Source: Neophaeotheca triangularis
Lineage: Eukaryota
NCBI GenBank assembly: GCA_054600435.1
Contig: BAAIJX010000009.1
Coordinates: forward strand, 372,001-436,000
Length of the DNA stretch: 64,000 nt
Reading direction: 5' to 3'
Positions 13,310 to 26,385 of this stretch are shown piece after piece. Positions within the stretch are counted from its first letter, which is position 1. Every line of letters begins with the position of its first letter. A program made the translations under genes and the position numbers. Below the pieces are notes generated by a model that saw nothing but the letters and a program-made list of their open reading frames with translations, was not told the origin of the DNA and did not search any database.

Positions 13310-15487
13310 ATGGCCGTCTTAGCAAGCCTCACGACCCCTTCGACCCGATCTCTGAAGACTCTTCTCAACGACCTGACCAGATTATACGTTACAAACCGCA
13401 CCAGAGTATCGCGCACAATCTACCTCGCCCTCTTCCTCGCCCTCATCAACCGCGTCCGCAGCGCGCTCAAGGAGCAGAAAGAGGCCGCCGCCCGCTCAAC
13501 AGAAGCGCGCAGAGCCGGTATTGCGACCTCCAAACCCACCGGCGAGACACCCTCAAACCGCAAAAAAGTCGAGTTGAACAGGGAATTCTTCCAGAACCTC
13601 GGTCGCTTGCTCAAGATATGCATTCCCGGCTGGCGATCGCGAGAGGCCGGCTTGCTGGCTCGTCACAGCATCTTCCTCGTTTTGAGAACGCTAATTAGCC
13701 TGTACGTGGCGGAGCTGGACGGGCGGCTTGTCAGTGCGCTGGTGAGAGGTCGCGGCAAGGCTTTCTTGAAGGGCCTGGTGTGGTGGATGATTGTTGCTGT
13801 TCCTGCGACTTTTACAAACTCCATGCTGTCGTACCACCAGACTGCTCTGGCGCTTTCGTACCGGACTAGGCTCACGACGCATATCCATCACAAGTACCTG
13901 AACAATATGACGTTCTATACGCTTTCGGCTTTGGATGATCGCATCAAGAATGCCGATCAACTTGTCAGTGTGGATGTTTCGAAGTTCTCGAACAGTTTGG
14001 CGGAGCTGTATTCGAACCTGGCGAAGCCGACGTTGGACCTCATCATTTACAATTGGAGTCTGAGCAGAAGTGTGGGTGGGGAGGGGCTGTTTGCCATGTC
14101 GTTGATGGTGCAGCTGAGCGCGCAGGTCATGCGAGCGTTGACTCCGCCTTTTGGAAAATACGTTGCCGACGAGGCCAGGTTGGAAGGAGAGTTTAGGTTT
14201 CAACACTCAAGATTGATTGATTATAGCGAGGAGATTGCGTTGTACAATGGACACGAGGCTGAGAAGGATGCATTAGACAAGGGCTACTTCACCCTCATAC
14301 GGCACGTCAACCGCATCCTACGGCGCCGCTTCTACCACGGCATTATGGAGGACTTTGTCATCAAGTATTTCTGGGGCGCGTTAGGACTGGGGCTTTGCAG
14401 TATTCCGGTCTTCTTCACACTGCCTACTGAAGGAGGGGCGAGAGGATCTGGCGACCGCACCGAGTCTTTCATCACCAACCGACGCTTGTTGCTGTCCAGC
14501 AGCGATGCTTTTGGTCGATTAATGTTCAGTTACAAGGAAATCAGCCAACTTGCCGGGTACACCTCACGCGTCGCGACACTCTTGGACGTGATTGCGGATC
14601 TCCAAAAAGGCCATTTCGAGAAAGCACTCGTCTCGTCTGCATCCACGGAAGCCAATGCCGCTGTCCTTGCAGGTCGCGGTGAGCTCGAGGAAGGAGAAGA
14701 CATTTGTTTCCAGAAGGTCCCGATAGTCTCTCCAAACGGCGACGTCCTAGTGAAAGCACTCGACTTTGAAATTGGTCGCGGCGACCACCTGCTTATCGTC
14801 GGCCCCAACGGCTGCGGCAAGAGCTCCCTCTTCCGCATCCTAGGCGGCCTATGGCCAGTGTACGGCGGCAAAGTGCGCAAACCGCCCAGCGAAGACATTT
14901 TCTACATCCCGCAACGCCCTTACCTCAGCAAAGGCACGCTGCGGCAGCAAATCCTCTATCCCGACTCGACCCTCGACATGCGCGGCAAAGGTGTCACAGA
15001 CCAAGACCTGGCCGACATCCTGACCAGTCTCGGCATCGACAGCTTGCTACACTTGCACCAAAGCAACGGCCGCGACAGTTTCGCGGACAGCGGCAAAGCC
15101 TCCGGCCTCGACACGGAAGAAGAATGGCCTACACTTCTCTCCACAGGCCACCAGCAGCGCATCGCCGCCGCTCGCCTCTTCTACCACTCCCCCCACTACG
15201 CCATCCTCGACGAGTGCACTTCGAGCTTGACCCCGGATATTGAGCAGCTCATCTACACCGAGGCCAAGAAGCGCGGCATCACGATCCTGAGCGTCAGCCA
15301 CCGGCGCAGCTTGTGGCGTTACCACGAGTGGATTTTGCAGTTTGATGGACAAGGGGGATTTGTGTTTGCAAGGTTGGAGGCGGAGAGGAGGTTGGCGTTG
15401 GAGGATGAGAAGGAGGGTTTGGAGGAGCGGTTGAGGGCTGTGGAAGGCTGGGAGGAGAGAGTTAGGGAGTTGGAGGCCGGTGCGTAG
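13310..15487 (+). CDS. PXA2: Peroxisomal ABCD half-transporter for long-chain acyl-CoA (Pxa2-like), intronless
   Basis: ABC_membrane_2-type N-terminal half ([13 protein letters not shown]-like [21 protein letters not shown]), Walker [14 protein letters not shown] and Walker B ILDECTS. Pxa2 versus Pxa1 is from recollection of orthologues. Confidence 0.88.
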   Translation: MAVLASLTTPSTRSLKTLLNDLTRLYVTNRTRVSRTIYLALFLALINRVRSALKEQKEAAARSTEARRAGIATSKPTGETPSNRKKVELNREFFQNLGRLLKICIPGWRSREAGLLARHSIFLVLRTLISLYVAELDGRLVSALVRGRGKAFLKGLVWWMIVAVPATFTNSMLSYHQTALALSYRTRLTTHIHHKYLNNMTFYTLSALDDRIKNADQLVSVDVSKFSNSLAELYSNLAKPTLDLIIYNWSLSRSVGGEGLFAMSLMVQLSAQVMRALTPPFGKYVADEARLEGEFRFQHSRLIDYSEEIALYNGHEAEKDALDKGYFTLIRHVNRILRRRFYHGIMEDFVIKYFWGALGLGLCSIPVFFTLPTEGGARGSGDRTESFITNRRLLLSSSDAFGRLMFSYKEISQLAGYTSRVATLLDVIADLQKGHFEKALVSSASTEANAAVLAGRGELEEGEDICFQKVPIVSPNGDVLVKALDFEIGRGDHLLIVGPNGCGKSSLFRILGGLWPVYGGKVRKPPSEDIFYIPQRPYLSKGTLRQQILYPDSTLDMRGKGVTDQDLADILTSLGIDSLLHLHQSNGRDSFADSGKASGLDTEEEWPTLLSTGHQQRIAAARLFYHSPHYAILDECTSSLTPDIEQLIYTEAKKRGITILSVSHRRSLWRYHEWILQFDGQGGFVFARLEAERRLALEDEKEGLEERLRAVEGWEERVRELEAGA

Positions 15488-17519
15488 GGTAGGTAGGTGA
15501 CCGACTCGTGTCAAAGATGCGCGCTACGAGTGGCTCAGTCGTGCACAATAATGTTCCCTAAACATTACTGCCGCCTTGACTTCCTGTCTGCATGGTGCAG
15601 CAGGTGGAATGCCTCACGAGTCGTCAAGATATATAATCATTGCAGTGTTGCTACTGTTTCACCCTCGACCTCAGCAAAGCTTCGCCTCCGACAACAGCTC
15701 GGCCTGCTTATCGCGGTTATCTCTCCAACATAACGAACCTTATCGCGACGCCCCCACCTGGACCACCCATCCTTGGCGTATGGACATAGCCGTTGGTTGG
15801 TAGGTAGCAGCGTGAACTCCGGAGCCACTTCAGTAGTTGTTGCCTGCGCTGCGCAAGTCCGCGGCCGCTGCCCAACACCGCCTTCCGACTCCCGAGTGCC
15901 TCCCCACCCGCCACGTATCGAGCACAGAAACGGCCCGCTTCAGTCCCAGATAACAGCAGCAGTGACACCTTTGCGCCACGCCGGCAAAGCGCTGTTGGTG
16001 GTCGCACTGTGATGACTTGCAAAGTACCTTAGCTCATGACACAGCTGCTTATTGCACGTAGCCATGATGAAGCACAGAACCCTGGAGGAATAACGTTGGT
16101 AGTTGGTATAGCAAGGTTGTTGCTGTGAAGGTCTGTTGTAGTGTGCAGCATTTATTCGATGCCCGTTGGTGCTAGCGACTAAAGAGGCCCAGACTTTTTG
16201 TGGGCAGGAAGGTGGCTTTGTTGGGGAATGCCGAGGGGGAAAAGCTGATTAAGGTAGGTAGGTACACTTGCGCTAGTATCTGCCCACTAGCAGGTCACTA
16301 CACTACCCGACTGTATCCATGCCATCTTACGGTAGGTAGTGCTCGCTGACCTTTACATTATTATTGCCTTGTCTTTTGCTGGCTGGCTGCCGCGACTGTT
16401 GTATGCGACTGGACTACATTCTTGTTGTTACATCTTACCGACGCCCTTCGGATTGATGACCTGCGACTCGGCAAAGCTAAACTATTAAGACCGCAGCAGC
16501 TTCACGAATCACCCGGCGCCGGCACAGCTTGAACCCTCGGAGGCCTCCCCCGCAGCTGCTTCTGCAGTTGGCACATCTTTCAGCGTGTTTGGGAAACACC
16601 ACGGTGAGTACCATTATGACGAGAGAGTTTGCTCCGGTTGAGTATCTTGTATCTAATTGCAGCAGTCTTCAGCTACGACGTCGCGCATATCTTGATAACG
16701 GGTTGTTTTGCTGGCTGTTCCTTGTTGACTGCTTCCGCGCAGCTGCGCTTCACCGGCCTTGAGAGTAGGTGCTATTGCAACCGCCCATGTCTTGCCGTCT
16801 AGTACATATCTAATTGCATACTCCAGCCTCGCGCCCTGCCCATCGCATCTACTTCTTCGCCGTACTACGCCATACACGGAGACTCCCAGGCTGATGTTAA
16901 CAGTAAGCGTTGTCGATTCCTAACCCTAGACTCTGTCCTACCTCCTAATGCCCGTGGTACAGCTCCGTCTCGTTTCCCTTGTACAGCGGTGCCTTGTATA
17001 TCCACGGCCTTCTTGAACAGCTGGCTATCTGCTTTGCTCTTCTCGTATCGTCTCCGGCTGAGCTGTGAGTGTTTGCCATTTGCCCAATCTCGCAGACTCC
17101 CAAGCTTACACTCATCAGCTTAGATTTGCCCTCTCGGTGTACTACGTTGACCCCCTAGATCCTGTCGTATCGCCGAGCGGACAAACCTGCGCCTGTGGAC
17201 GTCCCGCCGCTCAGTCGAGCCTTATCAGATTGAGCCAGATCAGATCAGATTGGTGTTGTGTTGCGCCGTGAGGTGAGGTCAAGGTCCTCGCCGTGAGGTG
17301 CAGAGCTGCAATTCCGGACCCTCCCGCCTCGTGCCTGCTGTTTCTGGATGCCCGGCCTCAGCTGAGGCCCGCTCGTTTCTAGAAGACGAGAAAATGTCAC
17401 TCAGGCACTTGTCTCGCCGACATCTTCACCAAGCCTCATCATCACCACAGGAGTATCCATAGTCACGACACTGCGCACAACACACTCGCATCCTCAACAA
17501 CCCTCAGCACTACACCAAG

Positions 17520-18959
17520 ATGGTGTCCCTCCTGGTCGAGAGCTGGGTTTGGTTCGCCATCTGCATGCTGGTCGCAATCGGCCGGTAGTAAGTCACGCTC
17601 CACTCCAATTCTTCACCTCACAGAGGTCTTGCTAACCTCTGTCACGCAGCTACTCTCGCTATGAAACTCTGAAGTCTATCAGGAGCTTCTGCGCCGACGA
17701 CTGGCTCATGCTCGTTGTCCTGTGCTTCTTTCTCACCCTCATCGTCACCATCAACATTGTGGCAGACTCAAGCTCCAACCTCCTCCCCCGTGGCTTCGAC
17801 CCCGACACACTCACCGACTCAGACATTAGCGAGCGCCGCTTTGGCTCCAAGCTTGTTCTCGTCGTCGAGCAGTGCCAGTGTGTTGTGATCTGGGGTGTCA
17901 AGACATGCTTGGTCATCATGTATCTGCGCCTGACGAGCCTCCGCCTGGAAAATATCGCCATACGAGTCCTTGCCGCCTACATTGGGCTCTCTTTTGCCAT
18001 CATGGAGATTCTATACTTGGGCGTCTGGTGCAGGCCGTTCAGCAACTACTGGTGAGTTGATCCTCTACTCGCAATGCTACTACTCATCATCTACTAACAT
18101 CTCCTGTAGGGCCGTTCCAACTCCAAACCCGCAGTGCAACGCCGCTACCAATCACCTCATCACCAACGCCGTCTTCAACATTTCCTCCGACTGCATCATG
18201 CTTGCTATTGCTCTGCCAATGTTCTTGAAGCTCAAAATCACCTGGGATAAAAAGGCCCCCATTGTCATGATTTTCAGTCTAGGCATCTTCGTCATCATCG
18301 CTTCCGTCCTGAATAAAGTTTATTCCTTTACAAAGCCTTTCGGTGCCGACTGGACACATTGGTACGTCCGTGAGAGCGCCACGTCGATGCTAGTCTGCAA
18401 CCTCCCCTTTTGCTGGATCTACGTTCGAAAGACATACAAGCTCCTGTCGATCCCATTCACCGAATCCACCGCTACCATGGACAACGGCGGATCGGTCGTC
18501 AGTCGCTCTGTCAACCGCCTGGCTCGCAAGAAGGCCCCTGTCGCTGACCCTGTCGACTACACTCTGGGTCGTACCCCCACCAACTTCACTACCAATGACA
18601 TCGAAATGGGTCTTCGTAACAATCATATATCCAACAACGGCCCCGCAGATGGTCCAGTCTCCATGAACGATTTTCTCGGCGAAGAGGTCGAGTCCGCCAA
18701 CATCCCCGACAACAAGGTCACGGAGGTGACGCACCCGCGCCTCTACGCGGACCGCCAGCGCCAGCGGGCTGCAGAGGCCGCCAAGCCCCACTCCAAGACC
18801 GAGGCTGAGGCCATCGCGGCCGACGACGAGAGGATGCGTCGCTCCGGTGTCATGGACGACACCAACGCCTACCAGATGCGCCGCGGCTCGTCGGTCCCAG
18901 AGTCCGCTCTGGGCTCGTCGACGAGCGCGAGCCGCCGGACCTCAACGTCTTGGGTTTGA
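17520..18959 (+). CDS. Pth11-like / fungal rhodopsin-domain integral membrane protein without CFEM; introns 17588-17649 and 18052-18109
   Basis: Spliced sequence shows R..SR.....ADDWLM, GSKLVLVVEQ, WGVKTCL..Y.RL, WCRPFSNYWAVP, NISSDCIML, FSLGIFVI and WYVRES. Confidence 0.88.
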
Positions 18960-21044
18960 GCTCTCCCTTTCCGCTCGCTCTCTCCCTCTCCGCTGTGCTG
19001 TGCATTTTCGCTAACCTACTCGGCCGTTTTCTTAGCATCTTTTAGAAGCTCGCGGGTCGAAGGTGTGGTGGCAGGTGGCGGAGAGGGTGATTGTGAGGGA
19101 GGGAGGGGGAGGGGAGGCGTGAGTGCCGGTTGCTGGGTGCTGGGCGTTTTGCGGAGTGTGGGTGGAGATACCCCCGGGGTCCGCCGCCGTCGGCTTTAGC
19201 TCGCGGTATCAATCGTGCTGTCTTTCTTGCTTGCTGATCTCTCGCTGTCTCAAACGTGTTGCTACCTCCCGGTCGTCCACGGACTGTGATTCATGCTGAC
19301 TCTACTGCTCCAGTATCACAACTCGTGAGCAATACTCCGCCCCCTGTGCTACAACACTCCACGATACCTCCTCAAAACTTTGCCGAGAAGCTTGCACCAG
19401 CAGTGAAACCCTCGAAAAGACCAAAAGATGACAACAGCTCCAGACACGCTCCTCAACGCTGCAACCTCACCACTGCTTTCTCGGCGACAACTTGACTTCG
19501 CAATCCAAACGACAGCCACCCCAACACCCCTACCAGAGCAAACCCGTTGTCTCCCAAAACCCCCCCCCCCCCTCCTTCCGAACACCACTCAACCGCCACG
19601 CCAGCACAACCGGTCCTCCGACCCCGAACCGACCAACAAGCACCACGCGCCCAACACCCCCGCCAGCATCCAAGCACCCCCCCGCCCACTCCACCACCGC
19701 CACAAGCCAAGCAAGTAACCAAGCTCAGCCAACCTCGCCATCGTCTCCCCAGCTCCCTCCAGCTTTCGCGCAGCCGGGGGTCAAAACCCCCAACGGGGTG
19801 CGTGACGTCCTCATCCGGCTCGCGGGGAACTTTTACTCTCCAACGGAGGAGTTTGGCGATCGAGAACGCTGGCGGTAAATTTGCGCGGTTCCCGGTTTCG
19901 TCTCGAGGGACGCCCTTCGAGCCGCCCACGGCGGGATCTCGTCTCTCTGGGCTGCTGGATGCGGTGGAGTGGGGGACTGTGGCGGCGGCGGCGGGCTTGC
20001 TCTGCCGTGGGCCTTGGTAGACGTCGGGGTCTGGTCTAAGACGGGTGGGCGAGTGCTAGAAGAGAAGGGGGTTAGGGGAGGGGAGAGGCGGTCTCTACGC
20101 TGTTCTAGATAGATCGCTTGGACTCGTTACACACCAAAAACAAAAAACAAAACAAAAAAGCAGAGGAACTAGATCCTAAGAGCAGGAGACCTACTTTATT
20201 TCGTAGCAGTCTCCTCGCCAAAGCAGCAACAGCGCGTGAACTTCGGATCGACTCGACCGACTTCTCCCCCTGGCAGGAGCGCGTGAATGTCAAGACATCT
20301 CATTAGAATCCGGGCTTGATGAAACGGAAGTAGGACCGCTCTCGCCATCACCCTTTGACTTCCATCGACTCTTCTCTGGCTCGAGATATGTAGCGTTCTC
20401 GAAGAGCGAAAAGGACTCCTCAACGGTTCCATTGAACTTCCCAGAGCGTCCGTGAGCTTTCTTCTGCCGAGCGGGCTGCTTCTATCTCCGTCGCTCTCGC
20501 TGCCGGTCTACCGCTGTGTGGTCCACTGCTAGATTCGGAGCGAAAGGAGATGGAGAGATGGGTTTTGTTACCTGAGAGAAAGCTAGGTTAGGTTCGGTTC
20601 GTTCACTCTTCTACACACAAGGATATCGTAGTCTCCACGTCGTAGATTAGAGGCCTGCTCGAGGAGAGAAAAGGCGCAGTACATTAGTAGTGGCATGGTA
20701 TTAGCGATAACTTGATACGTTCCGCCACGCTGCCATCCCGAAGACCTCAAGCTGCTGCCGTAGCAAGCAGACTCCCATCAACAATGAGCCCCCCGCTTGC
20801 CGCCCATGGAAACGCCGTAAAAAACATCCGCATCGCTATGCTTGCGAGACCTAGCCGCCCTTGCTGATCAAACTTGTAGCATGAAAGCACCTTGCTACCC
20901 ATCATGTCCCAAACCCTCCTCGCGCTCGCTCTCCGAGACCTCCCCACCAAACATGACTTGCCAAATCAACTCCAAATCGACGTCTTCTCGGGTAAAGTTG
21001 CAGGGTTAGTACTGCGGTTACGAAGTCTCTCGCTTTTGGGAGTT

Positions 21045-22615
21045 TTAGGCAGCGCCCTTCGAACCGTCTTGGTAGTCTTGACCGGCGTGCTCGTACTCGG
21101 TGCTGAGGTACTGCTCGATACGGTTGGAGAGGTAGGCGGTCATGAGGTTCAATTCCTTGCGTAGACGCTCGACCGACGGGGTGTCCATATTGGTGTGGGC
21201 GAGGAGATCGGGGAGGGCGGCTGTGAGGGTTTTGGTTAGTCGGGACGAATCATGGTGGTCTGGTGGCGAGAGGGCTTACTGAAAAGACGCAGCAGGTGCT
21301 CGCATCCGTAGACGTCGGCTAGGGTCTCGCCGGCGTGCTCGCCGTGGCCGGAGTCGATCTGCTTGAAGAGAGTGTAGTATTGCTGGCGCTCAAAACGGTA
21401 GAGAAGGAGACGGCCGAGAGCTTTGTTGAAGTACTCTTTGAGGCCTGCAATGACTTCTTCTAGAATATCGGCGTCGGGAGAGCCAGGTCGGCGGTTGATG
21501 GATTCGTGGTGGTAGTAATCGTTCAGGAACTTGGTGACTGGCTTTTGCGATGGCAGAGGCACGAGGCGGTGCTCTTTAGTGACTTTCTCCCAGTCGTCGA
21601 CGAGAATGGACTTGAGGGGTTCCGGGATAATGATGCGGATGGCGGGGCGGCGAACAAAATCTTCCTCCTGTGTGGGCGGTTGTGTTAGCGAATCGTGTGG
21701 CAAAGTGATGCTTGATGCTGCTGCAGTAGGAACACGTCGCTTTTTCGTGGGGGGGCCAATGTACGCTCGCGCCGGGCGCTTCTGCCGTGCCATGATGCGA
21801 CGGCGGCACGGCGGCAGGCTGATAGTAACGGATTGAGCGAACATATAAACCCATACCCTCAAAGAGCACATCTGCTCACTGAAGCAAACATGTCACAAAC
21901 CCCCAATAAAGACCCTCCCATCAAGCGCTAACAGAAGGCGCAAGAAAATGAAAAGAAAACCTACCTTGTCAATGCCTTCAATCTCACGACCCCTCTTAGT
22001 GCCCCTCTGAGCTTGCGGTGCCGCCGAACTCCGCTCCTCGCTGCCTCGAGTGGAAGAGTTAGCCAGGTCGGAACCCAGACGGCCCTTGGAGCGAGCGGCG
22101 GCCGAGGGTTTGCTAGTTTGGCGGCGCTGCGCTTCCATGTCCTTACGCAGGTTGGCTGCGAGCTCGACGTTTTCGTCAGTCTTCTTGCGGAGTCGGCCTT
22201 GCGGGACCCAGTCGTCCCAACTGCGAGAGAAGGGTGTTAGTACGGTGTTCCTCGACGGATGGCGCGGTTCGAGGTGCGAGGTCGAAACGCCAGAAGAGCG
22301 TGGACAATGTGGATGAGGCATCATTCCGCTTCATCGCTGGCGACTAACATCGCTTGCCTGAAAGCGATGGCCGAGGACACCAGCGCTCGAGTGCAAACAA
22401 CACGCGGCAAAGGGCAAAGACGCGAGAACGACGGGGAAAGCTCACGTGTTCTTCCAACCCTTGTAATGAACGCGATACATGTAGCCGCCAGCCTTGTCGT
22501 TCGGGTCCTTGATTTTGGTATCGACGACCTTGGCCTCGTACATCAGATCTCCGTGGAAGCAGAGGGCCTTTTCATCCTTTTGATACATCGGGCCGGAATT
22601 GGAAGAGGGCGCCAT
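21045..22615 (-). CDS. EAF3: Eaf3/MRG15 chromo-barrel + MRG domain protein; introns 22445-22221, 21964-21668 and 21279-21221
   Basis: LCFHGDLMYEAKV, Y.VHYKGWKNT|WDDWV, LKSILVDDWE, GLKEYFNKALGRLLLYRFER and YGCEHLLRLF|TALPDLLAHTNMD. All junctions are GT-AG and in frame. Confidence 0.93.
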
Positions 22616-23910
22616 GATGGGGGAGGTAACTTTTCGAGCCTTTTCGCGTCTTTGGTAAATTCTCTTTAGTGGCAAATGTTCTTGTTACTGGCCTGGTTGG
22701 GGTTTTGGCGAAGATGGCAAGGGGGTTATGTTGGTGCTGTGAAGCGGGAGGAGAGGTCGAAGTTTGGGTGAGCGCGAGACGCGAAGGGGGCACGTGCCAC
22801 GCCGGCCGTCCAGTCTACAAACCTCACCTTCATTGTCACTTCACTTAGGAGCAATCTCGTGACACGTCTATGACGGGATTCTTGCTCGACTTCCAATCTG
22901 TGATGCGACTCGAGCAGCACCGAAAGTTGTTTTTCCATGCTACCTCTTGCGGTACAAGTACCGACATCGATGTTTTTGTAGTACATACATAGGTAGCTGC
23001 CACCAACACGCACGAGCAAGACTATCTCTACACTATCGACTTGCTATTGTATGCATCGGACCTGGCGCTCCAGCTAGCTGTGTTCCCTGTCACCATACCC
23101 ATTGCGAAGGCTTGACCTAGCGTGCATCCACATGCCCACGCGTGCATGTTTCATGAGGGCCTCCCGCACTCCCTGCCCGGAGAATCAAGCTCTTGAGAAC
23201 AGGATCGCCCTTCAAAGTCTTCTTGGCAGCTCAAGTGACAGCCCATGCGCCGCTACCTCAAGCCCCAATCCCATGAGCTGCTAGTGTAGCCGGCAAGTCA
23301 CAGCATCCATTGACGAAACACTCGGGAGAAGACCACCAAGACCACTCGATCAAAAGATGAAAATGTGATGCTGCGAGTCCTATCTAACTAGAACACCCAC
23401 GCCTCCCATAACCTCCCGGCACGGTGTCCGAAAGTCACGACGCAAAATCGAAGTGTCTGTTGAGAAGAAACCCACCAACTAGACGTCGAAACTCCACCTA
23501 CTATATAGATTCAACGAGTTCAGCAATTGCCGACGATGGAGGAATCTACAGCCAGAGAAACGCAAAGAAAGTGGTCTCGATCTCGTACTTACCCAACGCC
23601 ATCATCGATGGGCAAGGTTTCTACTGGAGAGCAAAATGCGCAGCATGACACTCACCTTGACGATCTCGTGTCGGGGAGAGGCTCTGGCTTGCTAAAAGTT
23701 TCTTTGTGTGAACATCGAAGTTTGGTACAGCAAAAAGCTCAAGTTTCAGAGCTTACCTCAAAATCTTTCCCTGCCTTGCATTCTTCTCTTCTCGGTAGTC
23801 TTCGTAACATATTCGTCTCGCACGGTGTCCGTAAAGCCCACAAATGCATGACCTCGTCGACTGTCATAGTCGTAGACATTCGTGCCCGCAAGCACTCGCA
23901 CCGTTCTTGC

Positions 23911-25935
23911 TCACTGCAGTCTGACACCAGCCCTGTTCATCTCCTTTCTGGCAATGTCCGCCGCATTGTCCTGGTACCCGCCGTCCTTGCCCGCAATCAA
24001 CGCCGTCTTAGCCATAGCCTTACGCTCGTCCTCGATGCGCTTGAGGTGCTTCTCCGTCTTAGTCTTGCCACTGCCCTTGCCGTGGAACTTGTGACTCAGA
24101 TGCTTGAAAGCCTCCTTGGCATTCATCGCGCGCCCGTACTCGTCGTTGTACTTGAGCTCGACGTTGGGCTTGTACTCGGCGTTGAACATCTCAGCTTGCT
24201 GTGCAGCGAGCCATTGCTCGCGCTTTTCGTTCTGCTTGCGGGAGTAGGCTTCGCGCTCCGCAGTGTTCATGTTGGCGAAAACACCATTCTCACGGTCGCG
24301 CTCGCGTTCGGCGACGTTCTTCTTCTCGAACTCTTCCAGCAGACGATCTTTTTCGGCGAGGAATTTGGTGCGGGCGCGGTCGTGTGCGGCGAGGCCTTCG
24401 GCGGAATGGTCGGTGCTGCCGAGAGCGCCGCGGCCGCGAAGTTCATTGAGCGTGGCTCCAACACCGTTGTACATGGTGTGTTCCTCTGGCAGACCGGTAG
24501 TGGTGATGGGCTTGGCCTCGGTGTTTCCTTGGGCGGCAAGCTCGCGCTTGTGGGCGTTGAAGGCCTCTTCGTCGAAGTGCTCGTACTTCTGCTCGTCTGG
24601 GTCGTCGCCCTCGGGCCCATCGTCCTCGAAAATGCCTGCTTCACGGTTGCGGAGAGTCTGGCGATCCTTCTCCCTTTGTGTCATCTGGCGCTCTTCGCGT
24701 TGAGTGACCTTGGACAAAAACTCGGCTGTCTCGTCGATAAGCAGGCCTCCTTCCTCCAGCTCAGGCTCTTCTTCCTGCGCCTGGTTGCGTAGTTGACGAG
24801 CGAAGTCGGCGTCATCCCTCTTGCGCTTCTTCAAGGCTTCGCGACGCTGAGCGGCGAGCCTCGTCTGGAGGTCGTCATCGAACTCGAAATCATCGTAACT
24901 GCGCTTCTTGCTTGCAGCACCGCTCTGCCCATCTACATCCATCTGAGTTGCTGGTGCAGGGGTCGTATCAGCGGCGCTCGTCCCGAGTGCCTCGTCATCG
25001 TCACCGCCCCTCTTACGCATGACCTTGGATTTCTTGTCTTTCTTGTCCTTCTTTGACTTCTTGAACTTGGCGGGTTTGTCGGCTTTAGCGGGACGAGCTT
25101 CCTGGTAATCTGAGCCTTTGGGCTTTCCTACGATGTCCGCCAAATCGTCCATGTTGATCGTGACCATACCCTCATCCTCATCATCGCCGGTGTATCTGGC
25201 GCGGTCGTTGGCAGCGCTGCCCTTGTTGTCGATGGTGAAAGCCTTTTGATCCTTATCACCCTCATCGTAGTGAGAGAGAATGCCCTTGTTCCCTTCATGC
25301 GCATCCGCAGCATCGTACGTGGCCGACTTCTGCTTCATCTTGTTCTTCTTGTCGACTTGCTTCTGCGCCACCAAGCCTTGATGCTCCAGCTCATCCTCCC
25401 CACTGTCACTCCCGATCTCCGCGTCCTTGAGCGTGAGGATCTGCTCTCCAGTCAAGTCGTCGAATTCATTGACGTCATGGCCGACCTTGACACCCGCCAG
25501 ATCCTTCGACGAGTACTCCGGCATAGCCTCCTTATCCCTCTCAGCAAACTCCTCCGCCGCCTTGCGCGCCTTCTCAATCTTCTTCTGACGCTTCTTGCTC
25601 TGCTTCAACCACTCCCTAGTACTCAGATCCTTCTCTCCTTCTCCGAGCTGACCAAGACCTTTGCCTTCAAGCGTCGCATGGCGCGCTTTGCGCTCAGCCT
25701 CCTTCTGCGCAGCGAGCTTCTGCTCCTCGCGCTGGATCTTGGCCAGGCGCTCCGCTTCTAGCTTTTGCCAGTTCTTGTCCTCAAGAGCTACGCGTTTTTC
25801 GTAAGTACTCGTGTCGTCGTTGCCCTCGTCATCGCCTTTCTCATCGCTACCTTCGCCTTGGAAGTGAGGTCCCGATGGAAGTGGCGCCGCGCCCATCTCC
25901 GCGCGAATCCTGTTCATTTCCTCCATGTCGGCCAT
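23911..25935 (-). CDS. SNU66: U4/U6.U5 tri-snRNP protein Snu66/SART1
   Basis: HIND-like [30 protein letters not shown] and C-terminal [20 protein letters not shown]. The likely start is MADMEE at 25935. Confidence 0.93.
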   Translation of the reverse strand: MADMEEMNRIRAEMGAAPLPSGPHFQGEGSDEKGDDEGNDDTSTYEKRVALEDKNWQKLEAERLAKIQREEQKLAAQKEAERKARHATLEGKGLGQLGEGEKDLSTREWLKQSKKRQKKIEKARKAAEEFAERDKEAMPEYSSKDLAGVKVGHDVNEFDDLTGEQILTLKDAEIGSDSGEDELEHQGLVAQKQVDKKNKMKQKSATYDAADAHEGNKGILSHYDEGDKDQKAFTIDNKGSAANDRARYTGDDEDEGMVTINMDDLADIVGKPKGSDYQEARPAKADKPAKFKKSKKDKKDKKSKVMRKRGGDDDEALGTSAADTTPAPATQMDVDGQSGAASKKRSYDDFEFDDDLQTRLAAQRREALKKRKRDDADFARQLRNQAQEEEPELEEGGLLIDETAEFLSKVTQREERQMTQREKDRQTLRNREAGIFEDDGPEGDDPDEQKYEHFDEEAFNAHKRELAAQGNTEAKPITTTGLPEEHTMYNGVGATLNELRGRGALGSTDHSAEGLAAHDRARTKFLAEKDRLLEEFEKKNVAERERDRENGVFANMNTAEREAYSRKQNEKREQWLAAQQAEMFNAEYKPNVELKYNDEYGRAMNAKEAFKHLSHKFHGKGSGKTKTEKHLKRIEDERKAMAKTALIAGKDGGYQDNAADIARKEMNRAGVRLQ

Positions 25936-26385
25936 GGCTGTGGCTATTGCAGGTGTTTGATGTAGTGTTTGCGCCGCGCAGAGTATCTGACTTATGTGAA
26001 GGATTGAGGGGGCCAAGTAGTGACAGCCGCGAGGTTTCACAAGCGACTTGGATGGAGGATACTAGCGTTGATTTGCTTAGTAACCTTGCATCACTGGCGT
26101 CTTGGCAATCAGGACAAGGGTTTGAGTTGCAGTGTAACCTTGGGTCTCACGAAATGCTCGTGAGAAGCATCTGCATGGTGCCGGTGGGTTGGGGATCTTC
26201 GTGATCTTCTGTTGCGTTACTTGTTTGTGCAAGACTACCAACGAAGAGAAGACTAGCTGTCAAGGCGACTAAACCACTATCATCCATACTGGATACAAGA
26301 CCAATTCAAAGCAGATATGCCTCTTGCGCCGTCCAAACACCCGTCTCCTCTTCTGTTATATAACCCTTGCCATACCATCCATTAA

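Noticed and set aside
16919..16929. CCTAACCCTA as a telomerase RNA template (also CCCTAACCC on the minus strand near 20070)
   Set aside because: Both lie inside intron-like units and are explained by branch-point-like CTAAC sequence; no pseudoknot identified.
23527..24792. 421-aa plus-strand ORF
   Set aside because: Mostly an antisense shadow of SNU66; non-ATG start.
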